Notes: a model not told the origin generated them from the letters alone. A stretch of 63,994 nucleotides of DNA, filler included, from Atractiella rhizophila (GCA_021432655.1; 13 parts of 11 records of this genome joined end to end with filler, not necessarily neighbours in it); one strand, 5' to 3'. Numbered from the whole stretch's first letter, positions 1 to 15,511 are shown. A program made the numbers and translations.

Positions 1-1883
<1,883 letters not shown>

Positions 1884-2161
1884 TTTGAGGATTGTGGGCT
1901 GGGAGCAATAAGGTGCTATTGGTGGTGAATGCTGAGTTGACATCGTGTAGGATTTGATGCAGATTTGATGGGGATTGTGGTGGCAACGCGTCGAGTCGCA
2001 CTTTTGAGATTGTAGATTGTAGATTTGATGGATTCACGCTCAGTCTGAAATGCGGCTTGCAGATTTTCAAACATCGCACAAACTCAGCCAACCTGCGACT
2101 TCAAACTACGATTCTCCAATCCCTCTTCCAGCTCTCCAGCCTTAAGTAAAGCCTCTTCAAG

Positions 2162-2492
2162 ATGAATATGGGTGGTCCGTGTCTTAGTTCTTTCATATTT
2201 CAAAAAAGAAAGAAAGAAGAAAGAGTCTAAATGGCAATGTTTGGCGTATAGACATGTTCGGCGGCCAAATGGGCCCTTCGCCAGCTGAGATCGAGCTCAT
2301 CCGGCTCGAGAGTAGATTGGTCATTCGAGGGTTCCTATGGACTGCCTTTTGGCTGCGTATCTGTGCGTCTCTCTTCTATCTGTTCGTGTTGCAAAAGTGG
2401 TTGGCTGAGACGTGTATGTTGGGCGAAAAGCACCGTTTGCGTGGGACGTGGTTAGGTCGGTGTGGAGGGGGCTGTTTACTTCTCGCGCATGA
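2162..2492 (+). CDS. TOM5: Mitochondrial import receptor subunit Tom5
   Basis: Exons 2162-2174, 2252-2362, 2431-2492 give MNMGDMFGGQMGPSPAEIELIRLESRLVIRGFLWTAFWLRISPFAWDVVRSVWRGLFTSRA*. MFGG..PS.EE and TM-SPF pattern typical of fungal Tom5; divergent from LYS1. Confidence 0.8.
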
Positions 2493-2918
2493 TCTTAGTA
2501 TGAGTGTGAGAGGGACGGAGGAGAAAAGTAGAAGTTTTGTCGTAGAGCGTTTAATGCTTGTGAATATATACACATGTCCTCTCCATTTTGTGACGTTGTC
2601 TTCTCGTCTATTAGTTAGGGATTGTACTCTCGAGAGAAAGGGACAGCGATTGTTCAGTGTGGGGAGTTCGAGTTCCAATATTGGGATTTGGAGACGCGTT
2701 GCCAACATTGGACTTAGGCAGCTTCCACTCCTATCAGCGATCAACAGAGCAAGACAGGGTTTTGTTGATGTTCTCAACAGCTTTGAAGGGATGAAACGAA
2801 TGAAATATTTCCATCAATTCAATAATATAAACATGACAAACAACACAATCTACAACGAACTGAAGGGTTCTCAGCCCTATTCAAACTTAAACCAACCAGT
2901 GAAACGACGACCACGAAT

Positions 2919-5111
2919 CTATCCACATAACTGAAGATTATACACAGTCCACTGAAGCCAAGCTACCGTCCACAACCGATTAGGTCAATGTTCTCGAAAA
3001 TGGAAAGAAAGAGCAGAAGACGAACCTTCCATAGCCATCGTATCCCGAAAGTGTGCACTATCTATACTCGTCCTAGCGAACGGAATCGTGCTCTCGAACC
3101 CATCGAACCACTCCATCCTCGCCCCGGGATTATCTTCCTTGAACCGAGACAACGCTTCCATTGTCTTTTCGGACCACGAAGAGAGGCGTGAGGGCGTCCG
3201 CCAATCCCGATTATCCCACCTAAACCACGTCAACCTTCAGCCGCCTGTGGGGACTTACTGTAAGGGAGGAAGGAGACGTACGAATATTTTTGGTTGCGTA
3301 ACGGGTAGGCGGGGGTGGTGATGAAGAGTATCCGAGGGAGTCTTCCAGAGTGAAAGGCTCGTGAAAGCCTGCCTAACACGCTTTGGATACCGCGAACGAA
3401 GCGGTCGGTGGACCAGTGTTCGAAGGCTTGGTGTGCTCCCTGCAAGTCATGTCGGTTTTAAGAACAAGGGTGGGTGGCAACGCACGGTGGAGAGGATAAA
3501 GGTATCTGCTCGCTTCAGTTGTTTGGACGTTAGACGAGCGAGGAAGTGGTCCCATTGGAATTGGAGCTCGACGTTTCCGATGTAATCCTTCTTATATACT
3601 CCTTTCTCCTGTATTCCAACACCCAACACAATACGTTAGTTCGCGACTCTATGACTGCCGGCAGAAGAGTCGAAACTTGACGGTCCACGAAGAGAAAACA
3701 TACGTAAGAGGCATTCCTCCCCTCGCCTTTCAGCCTCGGTACAAGGGCATCATAAAGCATCCTCATATGGCTATCTCCCCTCAACACGATCCTCCTCTTC
3801 CGCGCCAAACAAGCCTCCTTCACTTCCCTCTCTTCCGTAGTCAAACCCTCACTATCGCTCAACAAGATCATCGTGTTGCGATCAAACTTGCATCCGTAAG
3901 GAACGAAGCCGTACTTGCCCGTGCCTTCTGAGAGGGATTGGGGAAAGGAGAGCTGTGGAGAGGGGTCAGGAAGATATGTCCCGCTTATGGAGCTGTGAGG
4001 ACAAAGCGGCAGCTCTTCACTTTCNNNNNNNNNNNNNNNNNNNNNNNNNNNNNNNNNNNNNNNNNNNNNNNNNNNGAACGAGAAAGAGATGCAAGAGGAT
4101 GGACAGAGGAGAGATTGGATTGGTAGGGCTTCGGAGTTCAGTCCGGGGGATGGAATATCGGCTTGTCCTTTGGATCGAAGACTGAAGTAGGGGGCGTATC
4201 GAGGATGACTGGCTACCTGGGAATCTTTTCGTCCACGAGTTCCCCTTCATACTTCTTTCCCAGATAAACCTCCCCATCGCGTTCGAACGACTCAATCATC
4301 CCGTCCCAATTCTCGTATACCCAGTTGACAGCCAAGCGGAACGGCGAACCGCCATTCTTGACCTCCACGCCAAAAAAGTATTCGCAGCCTCCTCCCCCTA
4401 TCTCTTCCTCTCCGTCAACAGGCGTACGACGAAACCGAAACGGGCGAATGATGCTCTTCCTCTCTGAGCCTGTGATATCAATGATGAAAGAGTCAGGTCC
4501 GAGGAGTTCTTCCGCCCAACGTCGACTCTTGGCCATTTCTCGTCAATCCTCCACCTTCAATCGGAGGAAGGTGACAGCCCCTTCCTTTGTATGCGAAGGA
4601 CGAAGGAATTGCATGCCATCTGCGCGCGAAGGTGTCGAGGGGGACGACACTGTGAAACCACGAAGGGATTGGGACGCGGATATGTCCACAGCTTAGCTGA
4701 CAATTGACGCAGCGTTAGGATCGGTTCGCATTCTAATTCCTCCTCCTCTTCAGCTTCGCCTGAGGCGGGAGAGAGAGACCAATGTATCTGTTCGGCGGAG
4801 TGCAGGGATGGACATTTCAATGTTTCTTCTGTTTCTTTTTCGGAGGAGAACGCCGCTGGGACAAGCAAATCGGCATCGAGGGAATTGTTGATTTCGGGTT
4901 CGACAGCTGGATGCGGATGTGGTGGGCGAGAGAGGGAGAAGGTCGAGGGAAAGGGAGATGGAGAGTCGGAGGAAAAGAGGTATAAAAGAAAAGCAATGCC
5001 CAAAAGCAAAGCAACGGCAGACTTTGCTCTCTTAATCAAGATGGAGCGCCAGCCAGTGAATCCAGCTGGAGCAAGAACAAGAGGTGCGGCTTGTTTGTCA
5101 ACTGCGAACAT
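2919..5111 (-). CDS. Type II membrane protein with C-terminal SGNH/PC-esterase-like domain (NXPE / Cap64-Cas3-like putative O-acetyl-modifying enzyme)
   Basis: N-terminal TM (AVALLLGIAFLLYLF), RRIVLRGDSHMR (GDS), DSAH (DxxH) and C-terminal YNLQLCG*; several short introns; internal N gap 4025-4075. Confidence 0.7.
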
Positions 5112-6560
5112 GTCGACGTCGAATGTTGGAGGATGTTCCTTGAATTTCGACGGTAGGGAAGAAGAGATATTGGTATTAATATTGGTTGCTAGTGAATGGG
5201 TATCCACGGTGCGCTGCCTCTTGTGCAGACCGTTCGACAGAGCGGCTTTGAGCGATCGAGTCTTGAGATTCCACTCCTGATGAAATCCCGTTCGCATCGT
5301 TCTTGCCGTTCTTGCTCTCTCGCGCTTGTCTATAGATCTATGCGTTGGACACAACAGCTAAGTTGTTGTTCGATGGAGAGGAGAATGAGTGAATGAATGA
5401 GGAACTTGAAGCAGCCCAGTAAATCAGCGATAAAATATAAGGGAATCGAGATGTCAAAGTGAGAGAGGGAGATTCTTCTTAACCACTCAGCCAGCCTGAG
5501 AAAGCAGAATACATCGAAACGAGGCCATCCTCAAGTGTATATCGCCATTGGCAAGCGTCACAAATTAACTGCAAGATCAACGCAGATCCCTAAAACTCGC
5601 CATCACTCCAAGCGAAACTGGAATTCAACAAAACCAGGGCCTGTCTCACCACAGGATAAGTGCATAACGATCCACACCGCTCATGTTCGTGTGGTAGAGA
5701 GCGTAAATAACCGAATCAGGAACACATAATGAAAGATCGTTGCTCGCGCAATCACTTCCCTTGGCCCGCAATTCAAAATTTGGGGAGCTGGCAATCCATT
5801 GCCGTGGAGAGGTGCAGGGAATGAGCCTGGCGGGGTAAAGAGCCCATTCAAGCGGATTTGGTGGTTGGTTGTGGAAGCTTGGACTGCACGTGCCTCGAAT
5901 CTCACTGACAATATGTTCACACTTTCTCAATGCGCTGAACAGAAGCGCATGTGAACTTGAAGCTAAGAGAAAGGATAGATTTATACACTATTCATTTCAT
6001 TACTCACACCATTCCCCATTACGCCTTGCTGACAAAGAAAAGACGAGAGATGGGGTAGGAAGTTCGAAGGGGGAGGGGAAGAGGGTGCTCGAAAGACTTT
6101 GTAAGGATAAGGCCAGTAATATGGCGAGAAAGAAATGGAGAAATCGAAAAAAGAAGAGAAAGAAAAGGAAAATCATTGGTTCTTATTGTGGGAGACATAT
6201 AGAGGTTGTTGAGACCGGAGAGAAGTCGTGGAGTTACGATGAGGCTGTTTTAATACTAAAGGATAGAGAGGAGAGGGATAAGAAGACAGCTTTGAGCAAA
6301 GAAGAGGGAAGAGGAGAGAGAAAAGCCCAAATAAACCCTAACGCGGAATTTGTACTCTGAAATCGATTATCGAAATAAAAGGAAGGAAGAAGAGTGACGC
6401 GACGGGACATAAGAAAGTTGGTGTCCTCGTTTGAAGACCGACAAACGAGTTCTTTTACTCGAAATCTTCCTCCTTTCGATTTTGATTAGCCTGCTAGATC
6501 AATCCACGAATCAGTTCAAATCGAGGAGCGGATGCAAAGAAAGAAAGGTTGCGGACCTGC

Positions 6561-7053
6561 TCATTCGACGTTCGTCTCCTCCACTCCATCGCCTCCATCT
6601 CCAGTTCCATCATAATTGGCAGTGTCGTACTGTTCCACACCTCCATCTGCATCATTGTTGAATCCCCTTCCGCCTCCCCTCATCTGCCCATGATTGAATC
6701 CCATACTTCGCGGCTACACCAATCAACCAGATCAATCATCCTTCGTTTGAAAAGGCACGGGAGAAAAACGCACTGGGTTGCCGCATCGGTCCTTCCCGTA
6801 AGCGATCTTGAGCTTGGCATAGTCCTCGTGCTGCTTCATTCCCTCAATAGCCTTGATGGCGTGTGCGATGTTGGTACTATGAAACATAGACACAAGTCAG
6901 TGATGAACAAGGGAAGAGACAGAGGGATGGACGCACAAATTACAGAAAGCGCAATTCTTTTCTTTCAACAAATTCACCAATTCAATTTCACCGAAAGCCC
7001 CAAAATCAGTTCTAATCTTCTCCTCCGTGTATGTATCGAAATCATCAATACTA
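6561..7053 (-). CDS. MRN1: Multi-RRM RNA-binding protein, C-terminal part (S. cerevisiae Mrn1 / S. pombe Nrd1 family)
   Basis: Spliced translation [60 protein letters not shown]; two GTGCGT introns; TGA at 6563-6561; truncated by linker. Confidence 0.85.
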
Positions 7054-7153
7054 NNNNNNNNNNNNNNNNNNNNNNNNNNNNNNNNNNNNNNNNNNNNTTA
7101 ATTAATTAANNNNNNNNNNNNNNNNNNNNNNNNNNNNNNNNNNNNNNNNNNNN
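7054..7153. other. Artificial assembly linker N44-TTAATTAATTAA-N44 (stops in all six frames)
   Basis: The identical 12-mer sits within N runs at 7098, 14247, 21396, 24984, 32117, 39235, 46348, 48820, 50662, 57761, 60050 and 62936. Confidence 0.98.
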
Positions 7154-7812
7154 AAGTGAGGACTTTGGGATTAGTTGAAGAGAGAGAATTTCTCTACTTG
7201 GGTTTTATTTCCCTTCAACGGTCTGTTGAGATCGGAGATTTCAAAGACGTGGGCTTGAACCTGCATTTACAGCAACAACCTCCTTCTCGCTTGTCTGACT
7301 GCTTTGGATAACGCCAACACAGCATGTCATTTGGAGGAATTCAGCCATATGTGATAGCAACTCTATTACATCAGTCATAGCTTCCTCTCAATTGATGTGC
7401 TGTTGGACATTTCCCTCTGACCTTTCTAGTTCCCGTATTCTCTCCTGGAGAGCTCTTCGTTTTGGAGGATCGATCAAGACATGTTGTCCAAAGAATTAAA
7501 GATGGAAATCGACTTGGAGTATTTCAATTACACTGCTACAATTCACCATTTAAGACAATAATGATGAGCAAACACTTATTTTGGACCCATTAGTCCATTT
7601 TCATGGTGCAGATGGAAGCAATGTTCTTAGAACAATGCCGTTTAAACTACACCTAACTCAGCCAGAACCTGAAAATTCACCAACAAGAAAGTAACTCAGA
7701 TGTTCAAAGCTGACTTTCTTCCTTGCTCATCGTATCATCGTAGGAAGATATATACCCAACAGAGCCAATAACAGACGGGTCAGTTCGGCCAAGTAGCAGC
7801 CCTGAACAGTCA

Positions 7813-10325
7813 ATGTCTGCTGGACCCTCGCTTTCTTCTCACCCGTCCGGGTCGACCACTGCCTCAACAAGCTCCACAATGACCACGCAAATTGCGCCTC
7901 CTCCGCCCCATCACACCTATCCCCAACTAGTTCCACCTCCCGGCCTCATACCGCTCACTCCATCCACATCCATCCATCCAATCGGTTCTCGTTTCCTACA
8001 CCAAATACCCGAACAACCGCTCTGCGCTACCGCCCTCCCGACGATCTCAGCCTCCCAACGTCGTTCTCCCAATACCCTGAACTCGGATCGATACTTGCTC
8101 ATCGGAACCCGTTCGTCTCTGTGGGCTGTGGACATGTTTCCGGATTTGGGAAAGAACGAAAAGGTGGCGGAAGTGACGGTGGAGAATGCTCGGTGTTTTG
8201 AGGTCTGGTCCGGCCTTGGAGTCTTGCAATTGGAGGTGTTTTTGGAGGAACCTTCGAATGGGAGGAAGGATGGAGTTTCAGGGATAGTGATTGGACTGGT
8301 GGAAGGTATCGAAGAGGGTGCCAGTCCGCAAGTCAAGATGTGGCCCCTGCAATCTCTCGTCAATCTCGTCAAATGGCGGACGTTTACGGAGGACTCAGAA
8401 CCTGTGGACCTTGCCCCGGCTCCGGATAAGGAGAAGGACAGGTCGAAGAGACGGAGCGCATTGCACGGCTTGAGAAAGCTTTTCTCAGAGCTGCCGGCTN
8501 NNNNNNNNNNNNNNNNNNNNNNNNNNNNNNNNNNNNNNNNNNNNNNNNNNNNNNNNNNNNNNNNNNNNNNNNNNNNNNNNNNNNNNNNNNNNNNNNNNNN
8601 NNNNNNNNNNNNNNNNNNNNNNNNNNNNNNNNNNNNNNNNNNNNNNNNNNNNNNNNNNNNNNNNNNNNNNNNNNNNNNNNNNNNNNNNNNNNNNNNNNNN
8701 NNNNNNNNNNNNNNNNNNNNNNNNNNNNNNNNNNNNNNNNNNNNNNNNNNNNNNNNNNNNNNNNNNNNNNNNNNNNNNNNNNNNNNNNNNNNNNNNNNNN
8801 NNNNNNNNNNNNNNNNNNNNNNNNNNNNNNNNNNNNNNNNNNNNNNNNNNNNNNNNNNNNNNNNNNNNNNNNNNNNNNNNNNNNNNNNNNNNNNNNNNNN
8901 NNNNNNNNNNNNNNNNNNNNNNNNNNNNNNNNNNNNNNNNNNNNNNNNNNNNNNNNNNNNNNNNNNNNNNNNNNNNNNNNNNNNNNNNNNNNNNNNNNNN
9001 NNNNNNNNNNNNNNNNNNNNNNNNNNNNNNNNNNNNNNNNNNNNNNNNNNNNNNNNNNNNNNCAAAGAACATGGCAGGTGAGCCTCTTCCTTTAGCAATA
9101 TTAATTTCTTGACCATGGGAGACAGATTGTGAACGAGTTCTACGCTCCGTTTGCTCCAACGTTCGTAGAAGTCGTCCGTGTTGATCCCAAGATGAGAGAC
9201 GAGAAACCGCGCTCTCGAGCCGCCTCAGTGAATTCAAGAGCGTCCACCGAACCATCTGCTACAGCGCCTGACGAATTGTATCTCTTCATTGGAATGACTG
9301 ACAAAGCCGTCGTGATCCGTTTTGTCTGACTCGTCAGTTCGAGAGGTTGAACTCCCGAGACTGGTGACACAGGCAAGTCACACAGAAGCAGCGACAAAAG
9401 GATCGTTCGGCACCGTCGCCTGTGCATGCTGGAATGACAAGGAGATCGAGCAGAGATGAGATTGCGATGGGTAGGAGGAATTCGGATGGCGAGATTGGAA
9501 GCGGTTCGGCAGCTGGCGGAAAGGAGATGTTGAACGGTTGCGAGCAGATCCTCCTCCCTGTGGAAGACACGAGTGGGAAAGGCAAGAAGTTCTTCTGGGA
9601 AGAGACGATCACTAAGACCGATATATCTCGTCACTTGTGGACGAGCAAGTCATCTCGTTCGCTCGCCACTGGCTTGTCATACATCAGACTCGTTCAACGT
9701 GCCTCCCCCACAGTCATGCCTCCTCTGCGCATGCGTCCGTTACACACTTTTGTGTGGAACACGGCCGTCGATCGGGTCGTTCCCTTCCTCCCTCCCAAGG
9801 GAATGTACGACGACCAGTCCTCCATTCGTCTGGTGCTTGTTGCATTCACACCGACCGGTGTCGAGGTTCAAGAAGGCTCTATTTTATATTCCTCCATCTC
9901 ACAGTTAAACGATACTTCTTCTTCTTCTTCCAATCATCGCACTCCGTTCTTCGTCCCTCTTCGTTCGTCCAACTCTGCTCCTCCCCAAACCTTGCCGAAC
10001 GCAAGTCCTGGAGAACCAATCACGATCCCGAACTCGATGGGTTGGCGAGTTACGATTTGGGTACGAACTGTGGGTTCCTGTGCAAAGGTGGTCCTTGGTG
10101 GAAGAGCATCCAAGAGGAGCATAGTTTCATGGGGAGTCGAGAGCGAAGCATGAGCCCCGATGAAGAAGGTGATGGAGGTGCAAGTGAAAGTGCGGACGCC
10201 ATGTTCCAGTCCATGCCCGCTGGAGCCTTCTGGTGGGCGAGAAAGGCTGGCGATTGGAGGTAAGCACCTGGTTTCCGCCCTTGTGGAAGACTGAATGAAT
10301 TGTCAGGATCTTTTGGGTCGGTTGA
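7813..10325 (+). CDS. Uncharacterised protein, possibly CNH-like beta-propeller
   Basis: Long ORFs 7813-8499 and 9422-10262 with beta-rich segments (RYLLIGTRSSLWAVD, VKMWPLQSLVNLVKW); internal gap; apparent frameshift near 10030; last intron 10260-10306 gives RIFWVG*. Confidence 0.55.
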
Positions 10326-10607
10326 GTATGTTTGCATTATCTTGCCTGAAAAAAGTGTATCCAGTCAAAATTGGGACAAGTCAACTATGTTAATGTTGTA
10401 TTTCAATTGGAACGGATCAAATATGTTTGCACTCATACTAGTAGCCTCCCCAAACTACTCAGTTGGCCAGTCCCTGTTAAGACGACGAAACCAAGTGCTG
10501 GACACATTGTAGAGCATGATCACAGTGTCACACATGTCACTCTCACAAAGAAAACGAGCTCCTTACATGTGTAGTAGTTGACAAAACCGGCGCAATGTTA
10601 ATTAATC

Positions 10608-10709
10608 GGCAAGATGGCCGAGTGGTCTAAGGCGCTCGTTTCAGGACTTGCACTGTATCAGTGTGGATTTACGAGTCTTCGGGCGTGGGTTCGAATCCCA
10701 CTCTTGTCA
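10608..10709 (+). tRNA. tRNA-Leu(CAG) with 24-nt intron (10646-10669)
   Basis: Acceptor stem GGCAAGA/TCTTGTC + A73, A-box TGGCCGAGTGG, anticodon stem CTCGT/ACGAG with loop TT-CAG-G, variable arm, B-box GGTTCGAATCC, T6 Pol III terminator at 10713-10718. Confidence 0.95.
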
Positions 10710-10932
10710 TACTTTTTTCCTTTTTATTGTGTAGCCTGTTTTCTATTTTACAATCTTCTCCGCTCTGCTTCATCCTCTCTTCCTGCCAGTCCTCGAAGAA
10801 GGTGTAATCGCCTCGTATGACTCAGCTTTAGTGCCGGTTTCTCTAGTCATATGATGTAGTCACGCTGCGGATGAGGACGAGCATCAGAGAGGATCGAAGC
10901 TGTCCTTCTCACTTGTAACGGCTTGAACCTAT

Positions 10933-13900
10933 ATGCCTCCGTATACCATTACCCAGCTTATCCTCCCAACCTCAGAGCCTATCTCCTTCTCACTTCCAGA
11001 GTCCCAGAATGCCACTGTGCATGATCTCATCAGCTCCCTGTTCAACAGCGGGACGGAGGCTGGCTACATCAAGCGCACTGTTCTAGGGGAGGGCACTGAG
11101 ACCAAAGATGACGACTGGGCTATCCAATGTATATCTTCAAGGAAAAACACTAGCTGCGACGACAACGGTATGTGCTGCTTTATTCGACACTCAGGAGTTA
11201 TGGGTCATAGACGAGCTCTGTACCGCAGGCCTCGTTGCGAGAGACGCACCTGTTCGCACACTGCTCAAGGTCCCAGAGGAATCTCTCTCCCAGGACGTCG
11301 ATTACGCACTCACGGCACATCTCCACGCCCCTACATTGCGACTGGTCCATGTGCCAACATCCATCCGTGTCCATTTTGCAAACGAATTACCGTCCAGCCA
11401 TGTCCAGCACTTAAAACCGAAGATATTCTTTCTTACTCGGTTTATGGACGTGAATACTGCGATAGAAATGATCAGAGACGAAGTCGGCATCGAAGGTCGG
11501 GTAGTGCGCGGAGCAAAGAGCGCGAGGGTCATGTTTGATTTGGAGTGGCATGCCGGGGAATCAGAAGCGGGTGCGTCGTCTTTCCTGCTCGTGTATCTAT
11601 CTAATCAACTTCTGTAGACTTCATCCCCCTTCCAACCGCCACGCCCATCTTTCCAGAACTCGAGCGCCTATCTGGAACGCGTCTCGCCCCGTATGATGTC
11701 ACCCTCTGCGTTTCGAGGGCGTGGCTGGCGAAAATCGGGACGGTGGCTCGAAGTTTCGGGAAGAAGGAAAGCCCTCGTTCGATCCCTGCTTCTGTCTACC
11801 CTGAGTCTGTCAACGCAGCTCTCGCAGATAAGAAACCTTCAGCTACAGCAATGACAAAGGGCTCATCTGGCTGGAGGCCTACGACCCTCTTTGGAGGACT
11901 GTGGGGAAGCACTGCTGCTCCAGCTCTGTCCACGTCTATTTCGACAACGCCTCCAGCGGAGCCAGATCCCCTGGTCAGCTCAGAACTTAGCAATGATGAA
12001 GAGGATTCGGATGCAGAAGGTGAAGATACAATCAAGATGAAGAAGCAAGCGCCTGGCTCTTCCCCCGCTCAGGACAAACTCAACAGCCGTCTCTCACACC
12101 TTTTTGACTCTTGGCTTGCGGTGGATCCTGAGGCCGTCCCTCCTGCTTCGAAAGCCAACGGAACCAACTCTCCAAAGGTCGTCAGTCCTCCGTCTCCCGT
12201 GACGAGCGAAGGAACGCCGCGGTCGAGGAATCCAAGCGCCAAAAGAGTCACAGTCGTTGGACTTGCTGAACGGAATTCTATTGTGGAAGTACCTTTGGGT
12301 GAGGACTTGGCGGAGGGTGAATCCCTGGATCAAGAGTTTGAGCAGCTTATGGTATGTATTCCATCTTCGATCCACATCGCGTTATCTCATGCTTCCGCTA
12401 CAGGATACATTGGGCATTAAAGGACCCCAACGAATAGCCATGCGACAACTTAGCCCGGAGAGGAAACGATTCTTGATACATTCTCAAAGCAAACTACAAC
12501 ACCAAGGTTCAACATCAGTGTCCAAACCAACGTCAGAACACTCCACGTCGTCGGCACAACCAAGTACATTGGGACATTTCAAACGCCTCTCCCTTGCGAC
12601 GATCGGCTGGTCTAGCACGGACAGCCCGCCTCTCCCTTCCGCCGAAGCGGGCACTTCATCTCTTGTAGTGGAGACACCTACTGCAAGCTCCATTCGCCCA
12701 ATCAGTCCTGTTGCTGCTCAAACTCCAACGGCACCAACCTCGCTTTGGTCATCTTGGTGGACTGGCTCTGCAAGTCCGGCAAGCCCTCACAATACTGGAA
12801 AAGATGCGGGAGAGAATGCGCAAGATACACCTGCTTTCTATGTGAAGCAGCTACGGTCTGGGTACATATCGTATTCACCTTGGTTTGAGCATACCTCTGA
12901 TCATGTAATCATAGAAAAATCTCACAACGCAGTTTAGTCAAGCATCTCATCGCCCTTCGTGTCAGGTTGTCGACGGCGCAGCTCTCCTGGACAAAGAGAT
13001 TTCTAGAAGATGAGAAGGGCCTGGACGCTTTTAATTCGCTTTTGGAGAAAATCACAGGTAAAAGCACGTCCAAGTGAGCCCGTTGTCATAGTTCTGGCTT
13101 TGTCTGACGACGCGCTAAGGAAGGAAGAGCTAACAGATCTGGACGAGACTGTTCAAATCGAATGCATCAAGTGTTTAAGGGTTCTGATGAATACAGAGGT
13201 AAATGATTTTAATACCTGGTATGATATCTTACCTCATTTTAGGTTGGGTTCGACACTGTCGTCGTTCATCCCACATTGATCATCTACATCGCTTTCTCGC
13301 TTTTCACCAAATCCAACAAGCTAAGAACATTGGTCGCGGATGTTCTAGCCGCCCTTTGTGTTCTTTCCCTAAATGATGGCCATCGATCTGTCTTATCCGC
13401 TCTCTCAGATTTCCGCGTTGCACACAACGAGAAGTTCCGTTTTGAATATCTGGTCGAAAGTATCGCCTACCGCTCTTCCCCGGAGACAGGTGATGAACTT
13501 GCCATCAGTATTGCGGGTGAAGCCACACAGGTGGAAGAAGATGAAGCTGGGCGGTGGGACTATAGGACGGCTGGAATGGCTTTAGTCAATGCTCTCACGA
13601 ACAGCCCAGACGACCTAGAGACGAGGATTGGACTGCGAGAGGAGTTTAGTAGAAGAGGATTGAACGAAGTGATGGCAGTACGTTCTACCTGGTCACACTG
13701 TACCTAATAATCTGCTTTTCAGGCGCTTAAATATCTAGACGCTCCAGATTCTCTCTTGACTCAGCTGCAAGTCTACAGCGAGGAGAGACAAGAAGACCAG
13801 GACGAGTTCAACGAACGAGCAATAGGTCATTCCAGACTCCAGTATGTCTGAAGGTACATCGAAAGCAGGCTTTAACTTATGTCACAGGACCGCGACTAAT

Positions 13901-14202
13901 GTTCCCCTGGCAGAATTGCTTCGACTAGTGGAGCGTAATGAAGCTTTGTATCCAGTCCTAATGGATACCGTAAAGCGCTACGTTGAAATCTTTGAGCGAG
14001 AAATCGATGAGTGAGTTTAGTGTGTCTCCGCTTGGATTGAACTGAGTGTCGTTCTGTCAGTCAACTTCGAACTGACCTTTTGACGGTTTTGGAGAACTTC
14101 ATTAGTCACGCTGCGGACCTAGACGATTTTGATCAAGGCTGGCGCACCTTCATGCGGCAGTACCTAGCTTCTGTTCAACATATCGTGGGACAGCAAGCTG
14201 TC
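10933..14202 (+). CDS. Formin-type GTPase-binding/FH3 (Diaphanous-related) protein, 5' part
   Basis: LVKHLIALRVRLSTAQLSW, ECIKCLRVLMNTE, LRTLVADVLAALCVL, FRFEYLVESI, MALVNALTNSPDDLETRIGLREEF; many 43-61 nt introns (e.g. 11168-11228); truncated at linker. Confidence 0.85.
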
Positions 14203-14302
14203 NNNNNNNNNNNNNNNNNNNNNNNNNNNNNNNNNNNNNNNNNNNNTTAATTAATTAANNNNNNNNNNNNNNNNNNNNNNNNNNNNNNNNNNNNNNNNNN
14301 NN

Positions 14303-15511
14303 GTGCTGATCGTCTTTCCTCCTTTCTCTACCGCCGATCGGATCTCTGAAAGATAGGACACAGGGGAGGGAGCAGCTTTGGCGAAGACGTAGACGTGATT
14401 GGCGGCCATTCGTTCTTGAGCAATGAGTACCTTCTCAGATCCATTGATGACGAAATATCCTCCCTATGAACACGCCCATCACCATTTGTGGCCATCCAAG
14501 ATTAGTAAGGACGCACCTTGTCGTAAGGACACTCATTGAGCTCATACAAACTATCGTCATCCAACTCGCTAAGCGTACAAAAGTCGCTTCTCAACATGAT
14601 CGGCACCTTCCCAACGTAGACTTTACTAGCACCATCCTCCGCGCTCTCTCTCGCCGTCTCCTCCTTATCCAGCTCCCACTCATAATCTCCATCCGGTCCA
14701 GGTTCGTTCGACTTGGCGATGAGCACCCGTTTGCGGATGTCGACGTAGAGAGGGGCGGAATAGGTCAGGTTTCGAAGACGCGCTTCGTTGGGATAGAGGA
14801 GTTGCACGGACCCATCGGCTTCTGTCATCGTGGGCTTCGAGAGGTAGATTTGACCAAAGTTGATCTCGTACCGCCGCTATAGGTGCGGAAGGATAGAAGG
14901 AAAGCATGGTTCAGTATACTATTGAGTACACAACTCGACAAGAGATTCATTCGGGAGAAAATAGGACAAATCAAGAATGTGGCATCATTCATTGACTTGG
15001 CCATGCCGCGACAAATAAAGTACATCAATAGTTGATCATGCTGACGGGTAGCCAGAAACAGAAACAGTGAGGGGGAGTAAGACTTCCCGTACAGACGACG
15101 TCTCGTTCCCAAACTTTGCGTGGCAAAATTAGCAGAACAAAGACGACTCACAGTCACGTCTCCGCTCCTCCCTGTATGCTGCATTCCCTGATCCAACACC
15201 AAACTAGCATTCTCATCCACCAATTCCTGCATCGTGTTATGCACGAATTCATCAAAACTTGCCAGCTGTTGCGTGACCAGAGTCTTGTCTTGGAAGTAGG
15301 CGGCGACGACGTGCCAGCAGTCTTCTTGAGTTATCGTCTCGTTGTCATACTCATATCCTTTCTGTGGATATTGGGGTTGGGAGTAGTAAGTGTCTTGGGT
15401 GGTTTGAGTGTAACCGGGGTAGGATGAGTAGTTGGAAGAGAAACCGTCTGCCGCGACAGTGAGCGCTGACCGCACCTTACAATGAATAAAAAAAGACATA
15501 CAGGAGGACAT
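14303..15511 (-). CDS. RPB2: RNA polymerase II second-largest subunit, 5' part
   Basis: [97 protein letters not shown] 15511; 275-nt intron 15151..14877. Confidence 0.98.

Noticed and set aside
2254..2934. 226-aa ORF as a protein
   Set aside because: It is unspliced read-through of TOM5 exon 2; the spliced model ends at 2492.
10608..10709. tRNA(CAG) as a sign of CUG codon reassignment
   Set aside because: It has U33, an A73 discriminator and a Leu-type variable arm; no Ser/Ala identity elements seen.
14905..14990. C/D snoRNA in the RPB2 intron (ATGATGC...CTGA on minus strand)
   Set aside because: Imperfect C box, the CTGA coincides with the probable branch region, and no rRNA guide was recognised.
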